This document shows positions 1 to 13,564 of a DNA stretch of 64,000 nucleotides, piece by piece (positions within the stretch are counted from its first letter, which is position 1; the number at the start of each line of letters is the position of its first letter). This stretch comes from Octopus vulgaris (Eukaryota): assembly GCA_951406725.2 (NCBI GenBank), contig OX597815.1, positions 101,060,001-101,124,000 on the forward strand, in the 5' to 3' direction. The notes beneath the pieces are model-generated. The model saw nothing but the letters and a program-made list of their open reading frames with translations. It did not search any database and was not told where the DNA came from. A program made the translations under genes and the position numbers.

Positions 1-1488
1 ACTTTACATTTCATCTCTAAGTATTCATAAAATAAGTATTAATCATGACTAGTTGAAGGGACTATACTCTCTATTCTAGAAGAATAATAATGTTATGTAG
101 AGTGCCAGCAGCTTTCATATATTTCAAAAAGTCTTTTCCATGCATTTTTCACTGGTATCAGTACAGTGTGAAGGTGTTTGGCCTTGTGGTTAGGGTGTTA
201 GGCTCACAAGCATGAAATTGTAGGTTCAGTTTCTGGACCAGGTGGCACATTGTCTCTGTCTCATTGAGCAAAACCCTTCACATTATGTTGCACCGATTCC
301 TTCAGCTGAAAATGAAAGTACACTCCAGTACTGGTGCAACCTTCTCTCCCTCTTGCTTCACATTCTAGTTGTTCTGCTGGGTCAAGGGTGGGAGAGCCAA
401 AAAAGTGTTAATGTCTGCTTGTGACTACACAGGCAACAAAAATTATTAATGAGGGCATGGCACAAGTTACCAAGTCAGACTTGCTCTTGAATGACAGCAG
501 TGCTTACCTTTTTACTGGTACAGTTTTTTTTTTATCGTTCCAAGGCTGGTGAGATTGATGCTGTTAAAATTGATGTTGTTATCGTTCCAAGGCTGGTGAA
601 ATTGATGTTGTTAAAATTCCGTTTGAACATTTGCAGACCAATAGCTACGGGAATAAACAAATAGAAAGGAATTCCTGTGAAGTGACATTCTCTGAAGGAA
701 AGGACGGGTATAGTTGTTTGAGTGGTGCAAACAGTATGGGTAATGGGAGGAAGAGAGAGAAATAAGGTAGGAGATGGCATGAAACCAATCAACTTTGAGT
801 AGCAGAGATCATTATAGTAGTATCAGAAAAGGCAGAGAGAAGACAGCACATCTGTGGGTCCAAGTTAGTGTATGTTGGTGACCAGCTTTATGTTAGTCAC
901 AGTTTTTGAGATGCAGTTTTTATGTATTTGAGTATTTCCCAATACTGAACTGTTGCAGTTCCAGTTCTTTTTGCCAGAAATTCAGCTGTGAAGTTAGTGT
1001 GTTGCACCTATATTTTATCCAAATGGCCTGAAGGTAAGCAAGCTGTTGTAGGTTATGAACTTATGACTTAGTGGCCAATAATACAACATTCTAACCTCAT
1101 GGCCTATGGCTGCTGCTGCTGTCACCACCACCACCACCACCCGCTTCATCCTTCACCTCATCATCGTCATTGTATCATTACACCCATTTTTCTATGCCGA
1201 CAAGGGTGGGACATTAAAAAAAAAAGTAATTTTAACATTAGTTGTTTTTTTTTTCTAAGATTGTTAGGAAAACGTATTTTTGTTGATTTATTTGGTTTGT
1301 AAGGCCATGTATATTCTTGAAGTCATCGTGTAATTAGAAGTGGATGTTAAGCATGAAGTGCTGATTTGAAATCATCATATCTTCATAACCCAAGGTTCAA
1401 ATAGAACCTTATTTTACCAATAAGCTAAAATGGTAATACAATAGTACCTCAATTTTCGAACTACTTTGATCATGAATAAATTGTGCTT

Positions 1489-1535
<47 letters not shown>

Positions 1536-1544
<9 letters not shown>

Positions 1545-1820
1545 GTGAATTGAAGAAATGGAGCTGAACGCAGATTGAGCAGAAATCGTTTTATTTCATT
1601 CTACACGTGTTTCGAAAGGCCAACGATTTCTGCTCAATCTGCGTTCAGCTCCATTTCTTCAATTCACCAATAATATTTTAATTTCAATTATCCGCACCAA
1701 CGCACGGTTGCAACACCATATGGTTGTACCTCCAACCGTGCTGTTTACTGCTGTGATTTTTGCTACCAAGGTATCGGTTAAACTTTTGATTAATCTACTA
1801 CAAGATTATTCATCTTTCTA
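1536..1820. mobile_element. Penelope-like element end in inverted-repeat configuration, inside a (TA)n tract
   Basis: Perfect 55-bp inverted arms 1536-1590 and 1622-1676. The loop read on the minus strand is CGAAA-CACGTG-TA..AATAAA (3' half of a hammerhead plus a poly(A) signal). Confidence 0.55.
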
Positions 1821-2272
1821 TTTCACATATATATATATATATATATATCATCATCATCATCATCATCGTTTAACGTCCGTTCTCCATGCTAGCATGGGTT
1901 GGACGGTTCGACCGGGGTTCTGGGAAGCCAGAAGGCTGCACCAGGCTCCAGTCTAATCTGGCAATGTTTCTACAGCTGGATGCCCTTCCTAACGCCAACC
2001 ACTCTGTGAGTGTAGTGGGTGCTTTTTACGTGCCACCTGCACAGGTGCCAGGCGAGGCTGGCAACGGCCACGGTCGGATTGGTGTATTTTATGTGCCACC
2101 ATATATAAAGCCCTATTTATGATCAGAGGCATTTGTAAACCAAAGTACTACTGTATTAAATGAATATGAGAAAGACAGGAGATAAAGCATGATTTATTCA
2201 TGATCAGAGTTATTTGAAAACCGAGGTACTCGTGTATATCTTAATAATTTACTTCTCTCTCCTACCTTTCAG

Positions 2273-2370
2273 TCGATCAAGCAGACCCTTATGCTTTTGT
2301 TGCTGGTCAACACTTCAATGATGTTATAAAGCGATTTGGAGCTCCTATTATTGTTCTTAACTTAGTGAAG
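2273..2370 (+). CDS. FIG4: FIG4/SAC3 coding exon (first seen in window; gene starts upstream)
   Basis: ctttcag|...|gtgagc. Reads [32 protein letters not shown], like the FIG4 SAC-domain segment DQADPFAHVAALHF..RFGSPIIILNLVK. Confidence 0.95.
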
Positions 2371-3897
2371 GTGAGCGTTCTGTAGCATTCAAATTCATAC
2401 TCATTAGTTCTTGTAATAGTTGTTTATTGCATTTTAAAGTTTTTTTGTTTATACATGTCCCAACATGATTGCATACATTTGTTAAAACCAATAAAAAAAT
2501 AATCCAATTAATTTAATTTAACTCTGTTGTTACCAACCCACTTGAGACTGTCCTTGATTGTATGATACATACTCCCTGCTTTAAAGTGATTTAAATTAAA
2601 CGCTTCCATATAAATTTTGTGACAGTTTATGTTCCAAAAATCCACTCAATAAGGACAAATATTTTATTAAATTCTTCATTATTTTCAATAATAATTGAAA
2701 CAAAGCCTGTGTGTGTCATCAAATATAGTACTCTTTTGTCTCATTTGTTGTCTGATTTCCTATGCTGTGTTTGATTACTCAGAGAGAACTTATGCAATGG
2801 CATAATCTTTATGGTCGTTTTTATTTTTATATCTATTTTAAAGTTTTTAATAGCTTAGTGAGAAGAAGAAGGACAGTACCTATGATCCCTTTTTTAAGAG
2901 CCTCGGAAAATGAAGGGAGGTGGCAGCAAGTTGTCTCACATAAACCAAATGCTTGCCATAGAGTGGAGTCCTCTTCAGGCTCCTATGGGACAGGTGATGG
3001 TGTTAAATCAGGTGATAGATTAAGTCTGCCACCTAAAAATGGGAATCATTTCCATAGAGTTTCCATTTACCATAGTTCACTCACAAGGCTTTGGTTGACC
3101 CAAGACTATGTCAAATGACATTTATCTAAAGTATTATGTTGTGGGATTGAACCCCAAATTCCTTAATTGCAAAGCAAACTTCTTAACCACAGAGCTATTC
3201 TTGACATACATACTCACTTTTTTGCTGACTGTTGGACTGAAAGCTTTAGGAAGTACAATGAGGGTTGTACATTGCTGATGAAGTCACAATGAGATTGAAA
3301 TGTGTCCTGTATTTTCTGGGAAAATTAGAATAATTTAGCTGTAGATTAATAACATTTTCTTCCTTACTGCATAATTATTTCTAGTTCTTAATGCTTCATA
3401 TGTCATTTAACTTTTAAAGATGGTTGCGTATGATTTGAGGAAGACTTTGCTGTTGTTTCTAGCATGTCAAACAACCATATAAAAGCTAGGCCCTTTAATG
3501 GAGAAATATTCACCTATATGCCAGCATGGAAGGCAGATGTTAAACAATGATGATGATTATTCCATCACTCATGTTTTATTATTCCACACTCATTTGACCT
3601 GCTTGAAATAACAACCAAATTTTCCTCAAACTACACTTTACCATCTTAAGAAAAAAGGAGATGTGTGTCAAAAATAATATACTATTAGATACATCAGGCC
3701 TTAAAATAGTAAAAGACAGAATGATCACTGCTAGAATGCCTTTCATCATAGATCAGTTGCATTAGAGTTGACCTTGGGTTAGACAACCAGACTACCAATT
3801 ACTACTCCTGCTACTTCTTTCATTACATTTTAGTCTGTTAAGTACTTCTACTGTGTTCTTTATCATGCTTCAGTTTTTGAGTGTTTTCTATTTTCAG

Positions 3898-4031
3898 CGT
3901 CGAGAGAAACGGCGCCATGAAAGTATATTGACCAAAGAATTTATAAGTGCTATTGAGTATCTCAACCAGTTCTTAGCCTATTCACACAACATACAGTACA
4001 TTGGTTTTGATATGGCAGGGGTTAGTAAGAA
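3898..4031 (+). CDS. FIG4: FIG4 coding exon
   Basis: ttttcag|...|gtaagt, phase 0->2. RREKRRHESILTKEFISAIEYLNQFL..YIGFDMA. Confidence 0.95.
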
Positions 4032-4288
4032 GTAAGTGAGGATCATTAAATTTTACTTTATTGTTTGTGATATCCATATATATAATAAGAAACAGTAATG
4101 CAATATAATTGTGGTGTAATATAATGGTAAATGTGTGGCAGTCTAGTGTAGTGAGTTTGGCGTTGATTAGACCTTAGACAATTCTGATCAAGCAGACACA
4201 TGATCAAAAGCTTTCAAACTAGTTTTTTTTTTTTATTCAGATGTGGTGTGCATCTAGGGCCACATAATCTTATGCGTGTGTCCTTCCT

Positions 4289-4516
4289 TTAATCTTTTAG
4301 CATTTAAACCATCTATAGCCAGCCCAAATATTCTACCTGTTTAATGTTTAAACTGGCCAGATCTGACCTCTCATACTTGCCCAACAATGTCATTCTAAAA
4401 ATAAACAACTACATCATCGAAATCTCAGAGCTATGAGGTAATGCATGATTAATTCCTAAAAATGTGAATGAATAAGCCTTACATTTGACAAAGTAATCTG
4501 AATGCTAAAGGGTTAA
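4289..4516. mobile_element. piggyBac-type MITE (other copies 27127-27338, 40165-40391)
   Basis: TTAA-flanked TIRs CCCTTTAGCATT...AATGCTAAAGGG, intact in the 27127 copy. Confidence 0.75.
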
Positions 4517-4750
4517 GATAATAAAATTCTTGCAAAACAAATAAAAAACAAAGAGGAGGACTATAAACTCCATCACTGAAGTTGCAGAGAAGTCCACTAG
4601 GTGGCTTTGTATAAAGAAGGCAGACCAGTGGTTTGTTACTGCTGGGATGCAAGAGGGGACTTGATTAAGCCCAGCTGAGTCAACTGGGCAAGGGGGTCAG
4701 CAAGATATATCTTAAAATGATATATATATATATATATATATATAAACACA

Positions 4751-4972
4751 TATGAGTGGGTACTGAAAGGTTCCTGGCTTTGGGTAAAAGAAAATACAAG
4801 AGGATCAGTTGATTATGTTTCTATCCCATATATTCCCCTCTCAGATTCACACACTTATTGCAGTCATCCTTCAGTTTTTCTAAGCCCTGCAAAAAAAAAT
4901 TGAAAGGTTGGGCATTCAAACCAGGCCTTTCGCAATACTCTTAAAGCCAGGAACTTTTCAGCATCCCTTGTG
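4751..4972. mobile_element. mariner-type MITE
   Basis: TIRs ..GTACTGAAAGGTTCCTGGCTTT / AAAGCCAGGAACTTTTCAGCATCC. Confidence 0.65.
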
Positions 4973-5542
4973 TGTGTGTGTGTATCGTCATCATCATTGT
5001 CATCATTTGACATCTGCTTTTCATGCTGGCATGGGTTGGACAGTTTGACTGAGGACTGGCGAGTCAGAAGGCTGCACCAGGCTCCAATCTGATCTGGCAA
5101 AGTTTCTACAGCTGGATGCCCTTCCTAACACCAACCACTCTGAGAGTGTAGTGGGTGCTTTCATGTGCCACCAGCATGAGGGCCAGTCAGGTGGTACTGG
5201 CAACGACCACACTCAAAATGTGTTTTTTATGTGCCCATTGCACCACAGGAGTCAGTCTGGCGGCACTAGCAATGATCAGGCTTGAATGTTGTTTTTCATG
5301 TGCCACCGGCACATGCCAGTAAGGCAGTGCTGGCAACAATCACACTCGAATGGTGCTTTTTACATGCCATCGGCACGGGAGCCAGTTAGTAACCCTGGCA
5401 ACGATCACACTTGGATGGTATGTATATGTATATATATATATATATATATTGTTCGTATGTTTCTGTGAACATATGTGTAAAATGAATAATATCGGGGAAT
5501 GTGTAAATTGTTTAAATTTCATAATTTTGCTTTTAATTTCAG

Positions 5543-5659
5543 GAAAGATTGCAGTGTTATGGATCGTTTGGGCAAAATTGCAAAAAGCTGCATCAAACGT
5601 ACAGGGTTTTATTTTCACTCCCCTTCTAATGTTCATGACGAATTATGGATGTCTGAACC
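5543..5659 (+). CDS. FIG4: FIG4 coding exon
   Basis: atttcag|...|gtaagt, phase 2->2. KDCSVMDRLGKIAKSCIKRTGFYF. Confidence 0.93.
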
Positions 5660-7807
5660 GTAAGTTGACATGTTTTTCATGTTTAGTGGTAATGGTAGTG
5701 GTGGTGGTGGTGGGGAAACCAGAATTGAGGATATTATTTTTGTAACTTTGGAATAGGAACATAAATCTGTCTGATTTTTTTCACTAATTATATTTATGAT
5801 AGAGAAAATTTTGGAAACAAGTAGGTGGAGGTGGGGAAATAAGATGGATTCTTGATTCTACCTCAACAAACAAAAGGAGCTTCTATGTGGTTGCTCAAAA
5901 TGTTTGAAATAGGAGCCAAATCCTTTTCAAATAGAAGTTCTTGAAGAATGTATATTGGGGTGCAAAGATTGATAAGTTCTTGGTAGTGTAAGTATGGTAA
6001 AAGAAATTGAAACAAATGGGATAAGTTTGTTGTTGTTTAGTTTCAGGTCATTTCCCTTAAAAAATGGGAAGGACATGTTGGACAATTCACTCCTAGATGA
6101 CTGAAATAAAAAAGATATAATGATCATGGTTGGAATGCTTTTGATTATATTTGTTCTGTCAAGACTGACCTAGGGCTAAACAGCAATACGACTAAAGCTA
6201 TCACCCATCCTGAAAAGTCCTGTGCATTTTTCCTTCTTTTTTATATGGCTCAACCAAAGGATTAAAATCAGCAGCAGTGACTTTTCTGTTGGGTTTCTGT
6301 GCCTTGTAGAAGAGAGGAAGATTTTATTATCCTCAGACTGGAGATCTTAGTGTAAATGTCTGGAACAGAATAAACTCCATTAAAAGATACTCAAGGGTTA
6401 AGTGGGGTGTTTTAAACTCAGTAGCAGATTTGGTCTAACATTTCCCACGAACAGGTACAGTCCATTTGATGAGCTTTTGCACATTTCCATTGACTCAGTA
6501 TCATTCACAACAGTTGGATTGAGCTGAGGCTATTATAAAAATCACTTTCCTATGATACTGTATAGGGGGATTGAACCTGCTACCATGTGATTGTGAAGCA
6601 AACGTCTGAATCACACAGTCTCCATTTTCTTTCACTGCTATGTCTACTATGTTACTTACCTCTCTATATGGTTGTTTAATCAGCTAGAAATAGCAGCTAA
6701 ATCTCCCTCAAATCGCATTCTATTATTTTAAGTAAGATAATGTAGTTTTACATACACAGTCATTACCCCAAAAATATGATTGTCACAACTGGAATGTCTT
6801 TCATCATAAGTCTACTCAGTCAACAAGTTCACTCATTTCATCTGATTTTCCTTCTACTGTACTTAATATGTGTCATTCCCTAGATCTGTATAATGCACTT
6901 ACCAGTCCTGCCATCCGAGAATTACAATTTCATACCCCTAGAACTTTCATCCACTCTAGGTTTCTTGTTTAACATTAATAATCCTAGTTTGACATGTATA
7001 AGGAGAAGACAGAGATGTTATAGGATTATTTCTTACTCTTGACACTGAATATGTATGAAGAAAAAAAAACCCTATATATATAATGGTGTCCTAGCATGTC
7101 CTCAGCTGAATGGCTGAAACTACACTCCTTAAAATAACGTTTTTAGAACAGCTAAAGCACCATTTTACTATAATTATGCTGACAAGCATGTCTATTCCCA
7201 AATTCCCAAATTTTCTTTTTCTCAGCTCAAATTTTTGTGATTTTGTAATCTTCTTTCTTATCTCTTTGCTTAATCCTTTTGATGTCATTCTACTTGAGAT
7301 TTTTTTCTGTTCCCATGATACAAAACTGTTTTAAAAAGCTACAGGGCCGGACATGCAACTCATTTTCAAAGCTCATCAATCTTAAATTGAGGCTAAAGAA
7401 AGTTTTAACAACAGAAACGTTTTTTCTTTATCCAAACCTTTATTCCATTCCATTTTTTAGATTTTTGTTGTGATTTTGTTTTGTCTTATATATATGCGAT
7501 ATTATATACTCTTTCTCAGTATATCATGGCTTTCATGGAAATTGATAACATATATATTAAATAAAAATTTTGTGTAAGAAACTTTTGTAATGATATGTTC
7601 TGTGAATAATGACAAAGTTACTGTACTAAATCCCTCTAAATTTTTTATTATTTTGAAAATTAATTGAAACACCTGGATTGTGAATTTCATTAGAAGTATA
7701 CTCGGGGAGGGGTTTTAGAAAGCATATGAAACAAATAAGTGTTTACTTTTAGTGATAAAAATGATTCTTGTCCTTAAGGCTTTTCTGTTTTGTCATATTG
7801 TCTTCAG

Positions 7808-7943
7808 ACTTAAAGGAATTCGAGGAATAAAGACCGAATATGGAAAAAAGCAAACTGGAGTAGTGAGAACAAACTGTGTTGATTGCCTTGATCGCACAAA
7901 CACAGCACAGTTTGCTGTTGGCAAATGTGCTTTGGGATATCAG
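7808..7943 (+). CDS. FIG4: FIG4 coding exon with SAC catalytic CX5R(T) motif
   Basis: cttcag|...|gtaaat. [31 protein letters not shown]. Confidence 0.98.
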
Positions 7944-8229
7944 GTAAATACTATTTAGTAGTAAAAAATTACATTATTTCTGAGTTGTGTGTGTTTGGTT
8001 TGTGGCTTGATCTGATTTGCTGAAACTGCGACAATTCTGAGTTACTGTGTGTGTGTGTTTCAGTAAAATAAGTACTTGTTAAATATTGCAACTTATTGAC
8101 TACATGCCTCCCTCTGAAAATGTATTGCTTTATGTCTAATTATGTTAGAATTTATTATTATTTTTGCGTTTTGGCTTTGCTTTAATTTATACAAGTTGCA
8201 CTCAAATCCCAACCAGAGATGTGAAGGGA

Positions 8230-8870
8230 CAACAAGGTTTTACATCTAAAAGTGATGTCGATAGATTGTACATGTCCAGAAACAAGAGAAGAAGATTCAT
8301 TGGATTGAATGTAAGATTTGTATTGTCAATGACAAAAACAGTTTAGGATGGTACATCGAAGAGCAGATTGAACTTTTGGTTGTTACTGTTAGAAATAGCA
8401 ACACAATACCAAGTGAACATGTAAATTTAAGAAACAAGATGGAGAGCAACAATTGAACAACTGTAAAATGAAAGTGATGCATGGGCAATACTTCAGAGAA
8501 ATGTATGGTATTGAAAATGCTGATTTCTATGAGAGAAAAGAAAAAAAAGCAATGCAGTATATCAATGCCTCAATGCATCCTTTCAGATCATTTTTCCTTA
8601 CCTACTTCCAGGTGTTGGTCTTGTCTTTACCTTACATTTCTCTGAAGTATTGCCCATGCATCACTTTCATCCACCTCAGCATCCTTAATTTTCTTGCTGT
8701 TAGGTAGTTCTACACCATCAGATGATAATATTTTGCTTTTTTTTTTATGATAAGCACACCACACTTATTAATCCCAAATTCTATCCCAGTATTCTTACTG
8801 AATATCTGCACTATTGAAACCAGACCATTTATTCATGTTCAGTCTTCCCAAAGATCTTAAAGTTGTTCAT
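8230..8870. mobile_element. decayed, internally inverted R4/Dong-like non-LTR RT fragments
   Basis: Plus strand gives KSDVDRLYMSR and KVMHGQYFRE; minus strand gives GIEFGINKCGVLI. Many stops. Confidence 0.55.
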
Positions 8871-11047
8871 ATAATAATAATAATAATAATGAAATTATTG
8901 TATACAATGCTCAGGTGCACCACAACTTGTCAGAAAGTGCATATAAAGTACATGCAGTAATGTAGAAATGTCTGGAAAGTGAACAGTGTATGAGTCAGAT
9001 ACACGCTTGCGCGTGTATGGAGGGGAGAAAATCAAGTGTAGTGTTGGCGAATCTCAGGAAGCATGGAAGTTTTGAAGGATGCAGTGCTCCGACAACTAAC
9101 AACCAATGCCGGCAGTTTGTTCCATGCTTCAGCAACTCTCAGCGTGAAAAAATGTTTCCTGAAGTCATGGGAGCTGTGCTGTTTTCTTACTTTGTAAATA
9201 TGTCCACGGGTGTTAGATGGGTGGAGTTTGAAGAGGTGCTCAGAGTTATTGTTTGTGCGATGGTTGATAATTTTATGGGCGTCTGCCAAGTCAGCTGCCA
9301 GACATCGGAGTTTCAATGTGTCCATGCCCAGGGAAGTAAGGCGTTCAGGATATGGCAAATGCCTGATGGAGGGTATTCTTTTGGTTGCACGTCGCTGAAC
9401 AGCTTCCAGACGATTGATGTCCTGGGCAAGATAGGGGTTCCAGACCGGTGATGCAAATTCCAGGTGAGGTCTTACCATAGCTATATAAAGCCACAGATAG
9501 ATAGCCGGAGAGCGGCTCACAAAGGATTTGGTGAGTGATGCCAAGACACCCTCAGCCTTCTTGACAATTTTAGCGATGTGTTTTGTCCAACGCAAATCAC
9601 TGTCGACAATAACACCCAGGTCACGTTCACTTGAAGACTTTTTGATATTAGTGTTGTGGAGGGAGTAGGTGGACGCTGGGTTTCTCCTCCCAAAATGCAT
9701 GGTGGTACATTTGTCCACAGCCAGCTTGAGTTGCCAGTCCATGATCCACTGCTGCATTGTGTCCAGGTCTGCTTGCAATAGAGATCCATAGTGTACAGGA
9801 TTTGACCTCTTTATTTTGAGGTACAGCTTGATGTCATCTGCATATTTCAGCACTGTGGCATTCTTTAAGTGGGATCTATGTCATTAACATATGCAACAAA
9901 TAAAAGGGGGCCAAGAACAGATCCCTGCGGCACACCAGATGTCATCTCATAGGGCGAAGAGTGCTGTCCTAGAACTGTGACAACCTCTTTTCGGCCGAAA
10001 ATAAAGGACTTTAACCAGTTATAGAGTTCGTTTCTTACACCCAACGCAGAAAGCTTCACCATAAGTCTTTTGTGTGGCACAGAGTTAAAAGCCTTAGCAA
10101 AGTCCAGGTAAACAACATCCACCCAGGATCCGCGATCAGTGATTTGGGTAATGTCCTCAAGAAACTTGATGAGTTGATTACAGCATCTGGAGTTAGGAAT
10201 AAATCCGAATTGTGACGGCTGGATAAGGCTGTGAGACTTCCAGAAGTTCCAGAGGGTTTCTCTGATACAGGATTCCATCAGTTTGGCGATGCAGCTAGTA
10301 AGACTGATGGGGCGATAGTTGACAGGCGATGTGCATCGCCTTTTTTGAACAGAAGGATGACACTGGCAGTTTTCCACTGTTCTGGAGTAACACCATTGTC
10401 AAGACAGAATTGGAAGAATAGAGAAAGTTGGCTTAGAAGAAAGTACCCATCGCGTTTGAGAAGTAGGTATGTAACACCATCGAGACCAGGAGAGGCATAA
10501 TTGCGTTTATTCTTTAGGTGGCGTTGCAGCATTGCTGGTGTAAATTGCATAGAAGATATAGAGTCCGATGTCAGTGGTGATGAAGATGGAACATTTTGGT
10601 CTTCGACAGTAAAGATGCCGGCATAGCATCCAGCAATGATTTCTGCACATTCTTCGGGATTGCCAGTAATCTGTCCTGTGTGGGGATTGCGAAGGGGACC
10701 AACTGGAGAGTGGGGTCTCTGCTTTGAGTGCACATACTTCCAGAACCCTTTGCTGTCAGGGTTAGCTGCAATGCGTTGTTCAAATTCAAGCACTGCCTTT
10801 TTTGTCACCTGCTTGAGGTGGTTGGCTGACCTATTGCGCTTTTTCCTGTTGCTCTCTGATTTGTGCAATTTGTATTCCCGTTCAGCATTATGGCGTTCTT
10901 TCCTGGCAAGTCGGACTGCTGCAGTCTCCCAAATTGCACTATTGGGTGGTTTTTTGTGCTTGCGTGGTACTGATGCTGCACATGCTGCCCATATTGAATT
11001 CAGAATGTTCTGGAGTATAGTGTCCACATCTCCAGAGGCATAAAAAT
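8871..11047 (-). mobile_element. CR1-clade LINE, 5'-truncated ORF2 (RT) with frameshifts
   Basis: NYRPISLTS, YLDFAKAF, GVPQGSVLGPLLF, YADDIKLY, VRPHLEFASPVWNP, FFTLRVAEAWNKLP, with an (ATT)n tail. Confidence 0.95.
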
Positions 11048-11181
11048 CATATATAACATGATTTAATTTTCTTCACTTTTCAAGGTGTACCCTGATGTCG
11101 CTTTCTATAATATTTGTGTGAGGGGTATTATACAAATCACAAACATCATCATTATTATTATTATCATCATCATCATCATCA

Positions 11182-11222
<41 letters not shown>

Positions 11223-11226
11223 TCAG

Positions 11227-11285
11227 TTGTATGCTATGGGAGTTAATTCTAGCCCCAATTTAGAATATGATACAGACTGTGTAAG
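11227..11285 (+). CDS. FIG4: FIG4 coding exon
   Basis: tttcag|...|gtaaga, phase 0->2. LYAMGVNSSPNLEYDTDCV. Confidence 0.93.
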
Positions 11286-12204
11286 GTAAGAACATTTTTT
11301 TATTATTTTCTGTTGTATCATTCTCTTTGTCATTGTTGTTCTGTTCTCACCGCTACCACCAATGTGTTTATCATCATCATCATTTTATCTTTGCTTTTAC
11401 AATGCTTGCATTGATTGGACAAGTCTCACAGTACATTTGGTCCTTTGTCATGCAGTAACAGAAAAAATTGCCAACTTTGTTGTATTGTCGTGAAGCACTG
11501 AACTTCCTTAAAAGCCTGTCAGGGTTTAGGAGGCATTGGTTTGATTTATGACAAAGGAAAATGACCAGTTTCCTCCTCCTCCTCCCACCCCTCCTCATCC
11601 TCTTCCTCCTTCCCTCCTCTTCCCTTCCCCATCCACAACTCCCCTTCTTCTTCTTCTTCTTTGTTTAACGTCCACTTTCCATGCTGGCATGGGTTGGACG
11701 GTTTGACTGAGGACTGGCAAACCAGGAAGCTGCACCAGGCTCCAATCTGATCTGGCAAAATTTCTACAGCCGGATGCCCTTCCTAATGCCAACCACTCTG
11801 AGAGTGTATTGGGTGCTTTTTACATGCCACCGACATGGGAGCCAGTCAGGCGGCACTGGCATCAACCACACTTGAATGGTGCTTTTTTACGTGTAACCAG
11901 CATGGGTCATCACTGGTATCTGACCATTACATACCCCACACCTGTTCACTCTTAATTTTCTGAGTATTTAAAAATTACCTGCTAGCAAGATCATTATTAC
12001 TTCTCTTTTGCAAATTCCATTATGTCTAATTATGCTTAGACAGCTTCAAACCATAACAGACATAATTACATTAGCCCATTGCTTGATTTAACACCAAGCA
12101 ACGCATTAAAATATTTGTGTCCACTATGGTTTAAATCTGTAAGGTCTTTCATTGACATATAGAAATCTTGATACTTTGATATACTATTTCCTACTGCAGT
12201 AACC

Positions 12205-12765
12205 TCATCATCATTTAGCGTCCGTTCTCCATGCTAGCATGGGTTGGACGGTTCAACTGGGGTCTGTGAAGCTGGAAGGCTTCATCAGGCCCAGTCAGAT
12301 CTGGCAGTGTTTCTACGGCTGGATGCCCTTCCTAACGCCAACCACTCCATGAGTGTAGTGGGTGCTTTTTACGTGCCACCCGCACAGGTGCCAGACAGAG
12401 CTGGCAAACGGCCACGAACGGATGGTGCTTTTACGTGTCACCGGCACGGGGGCCAGGCGAGGCTGGCAACGGACACGAACGGATGGTGCTTTTACGTGCC
12501 ACCAACACGGGGGCCAGACAGAGCTGGCAAACGGCCACGAAACGGATGGTGCTTTTACGTGTCACCGGCACGGGGGCCAGACAGAGCTGGCAAACGGCCA
12601 CGAACGGATGGTGCTTTTACGTGTCACCGGCACGGGGGCCAGGCGAGGCTGGCAACGAACACGAACGGATGGTGCTTTTACGTGCCACCGACACGGGGGC
12701 CAGACAGGGCTGGCAAACGGCCACGAACGGATGGTGCTTTTACGTGTCACCTGCACGGAGGCCCT
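12205..12765 (-). repeat. RTE-LINE 3' UTR fragment with expanded ~59-60 bp minisatellite (about 7 units, two alternating types)
   Basis: (TGA)n tail and repeated GATGGTGCTTTTACGTG(T/C)CACC.GCACGGGGGCCAG units. Similar fragments lie near 1848, 4990, 11660, 16757, 17838, 20398, 33002, 36905, 39328, 49615 and 53540. Confidence 0.85.
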
Positions 12766-13015
12766 GATGTTGATCGACCTCAATTTGGTTATAAGTCATT
12801 ATTTCTTCCTCCATTTCAATTCACCAGTCTTTGAGGTTCTGTGATGATCATAGATGCTATTCTTCTTCTTTTCATAAAGCCATAAAAAAATAATATTATT
12901 AATAATATGCCTTTTATTCAAAAACCAAAGGATTTAATTTTTAAAACCATTTTTATTTCATAGGAAAGTTCAGTTATTTTAGTTGCTATGAGGAGTGTAT
13001 CAACTAATGTTTTAT

Positions 13016-13564
13016 ATAATAATAATGAAATTATTGTATACAGTGCTCAGGTGCACCACAACTTGTCAGAAAGTGCATATAGAGTATATGCAGTAATGTA
13101 CAAATGTCTGGAAAGCGAACAATGCACGAGTCAGATACATGCTTGTGTGTGTATGGAGGGGAGAAAATCAGGTGTAGTGTTGGCGAATCTCAGAAAGCAT
13201 GGAAGTTTTGAAGGATGCAGTGCTCCGACAACTAACAACTGATGCCGGCAGTTTGTTCCATGCTTCAGCAACTCTCAGCGTGAAAAAATGTTTCCTAAAG
13301 TCATGGGAGCTGTGCTGTTTTCTGACTTTGTAAATATGTCCATGGGTGTTAGATGGGTGGAGTTCGAAAAGGTGCTCAGAGTTATTGTTTGTACGATGGT
13401 TGATAATTTTATGGGCGTCTGCCAAGTCAGCTGCCAGACGTCGGAGTTTCAATGTGTCCATGCCCAGGGAAGTAAGGCATTCAGAATATGGTAGGTGCCT
13501 GATGGAGGGTATTCTTTTGATTGCACGTCGCTGAACGGCTTCCAGATGATTGATATCCTGGGCT
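13016..13564 (-). mobile_element. CR1 LINE 3' fragment (same family as 8871-11047)
   Basis: MDTLKLRRLAADL...RVAEAWNKLP and the same 3' UTR. Confidence 0.93.

Noticed and set aside
532-620. 48-bp tandem duplication, and a similar ~37-bp triplet at 45680-45790
   Set aside because: These are ordinary local slippage duplications with no sign of function.
12244-12844. Overlapping repetitive ORFs (196, 160 and 110 aa) and a CRISPR-like periodic look
   Set aside because: This is a minisatellite inside an RTE UTR. There are no unique spacers and no cas genes, and the context is a eukaryotic intron.
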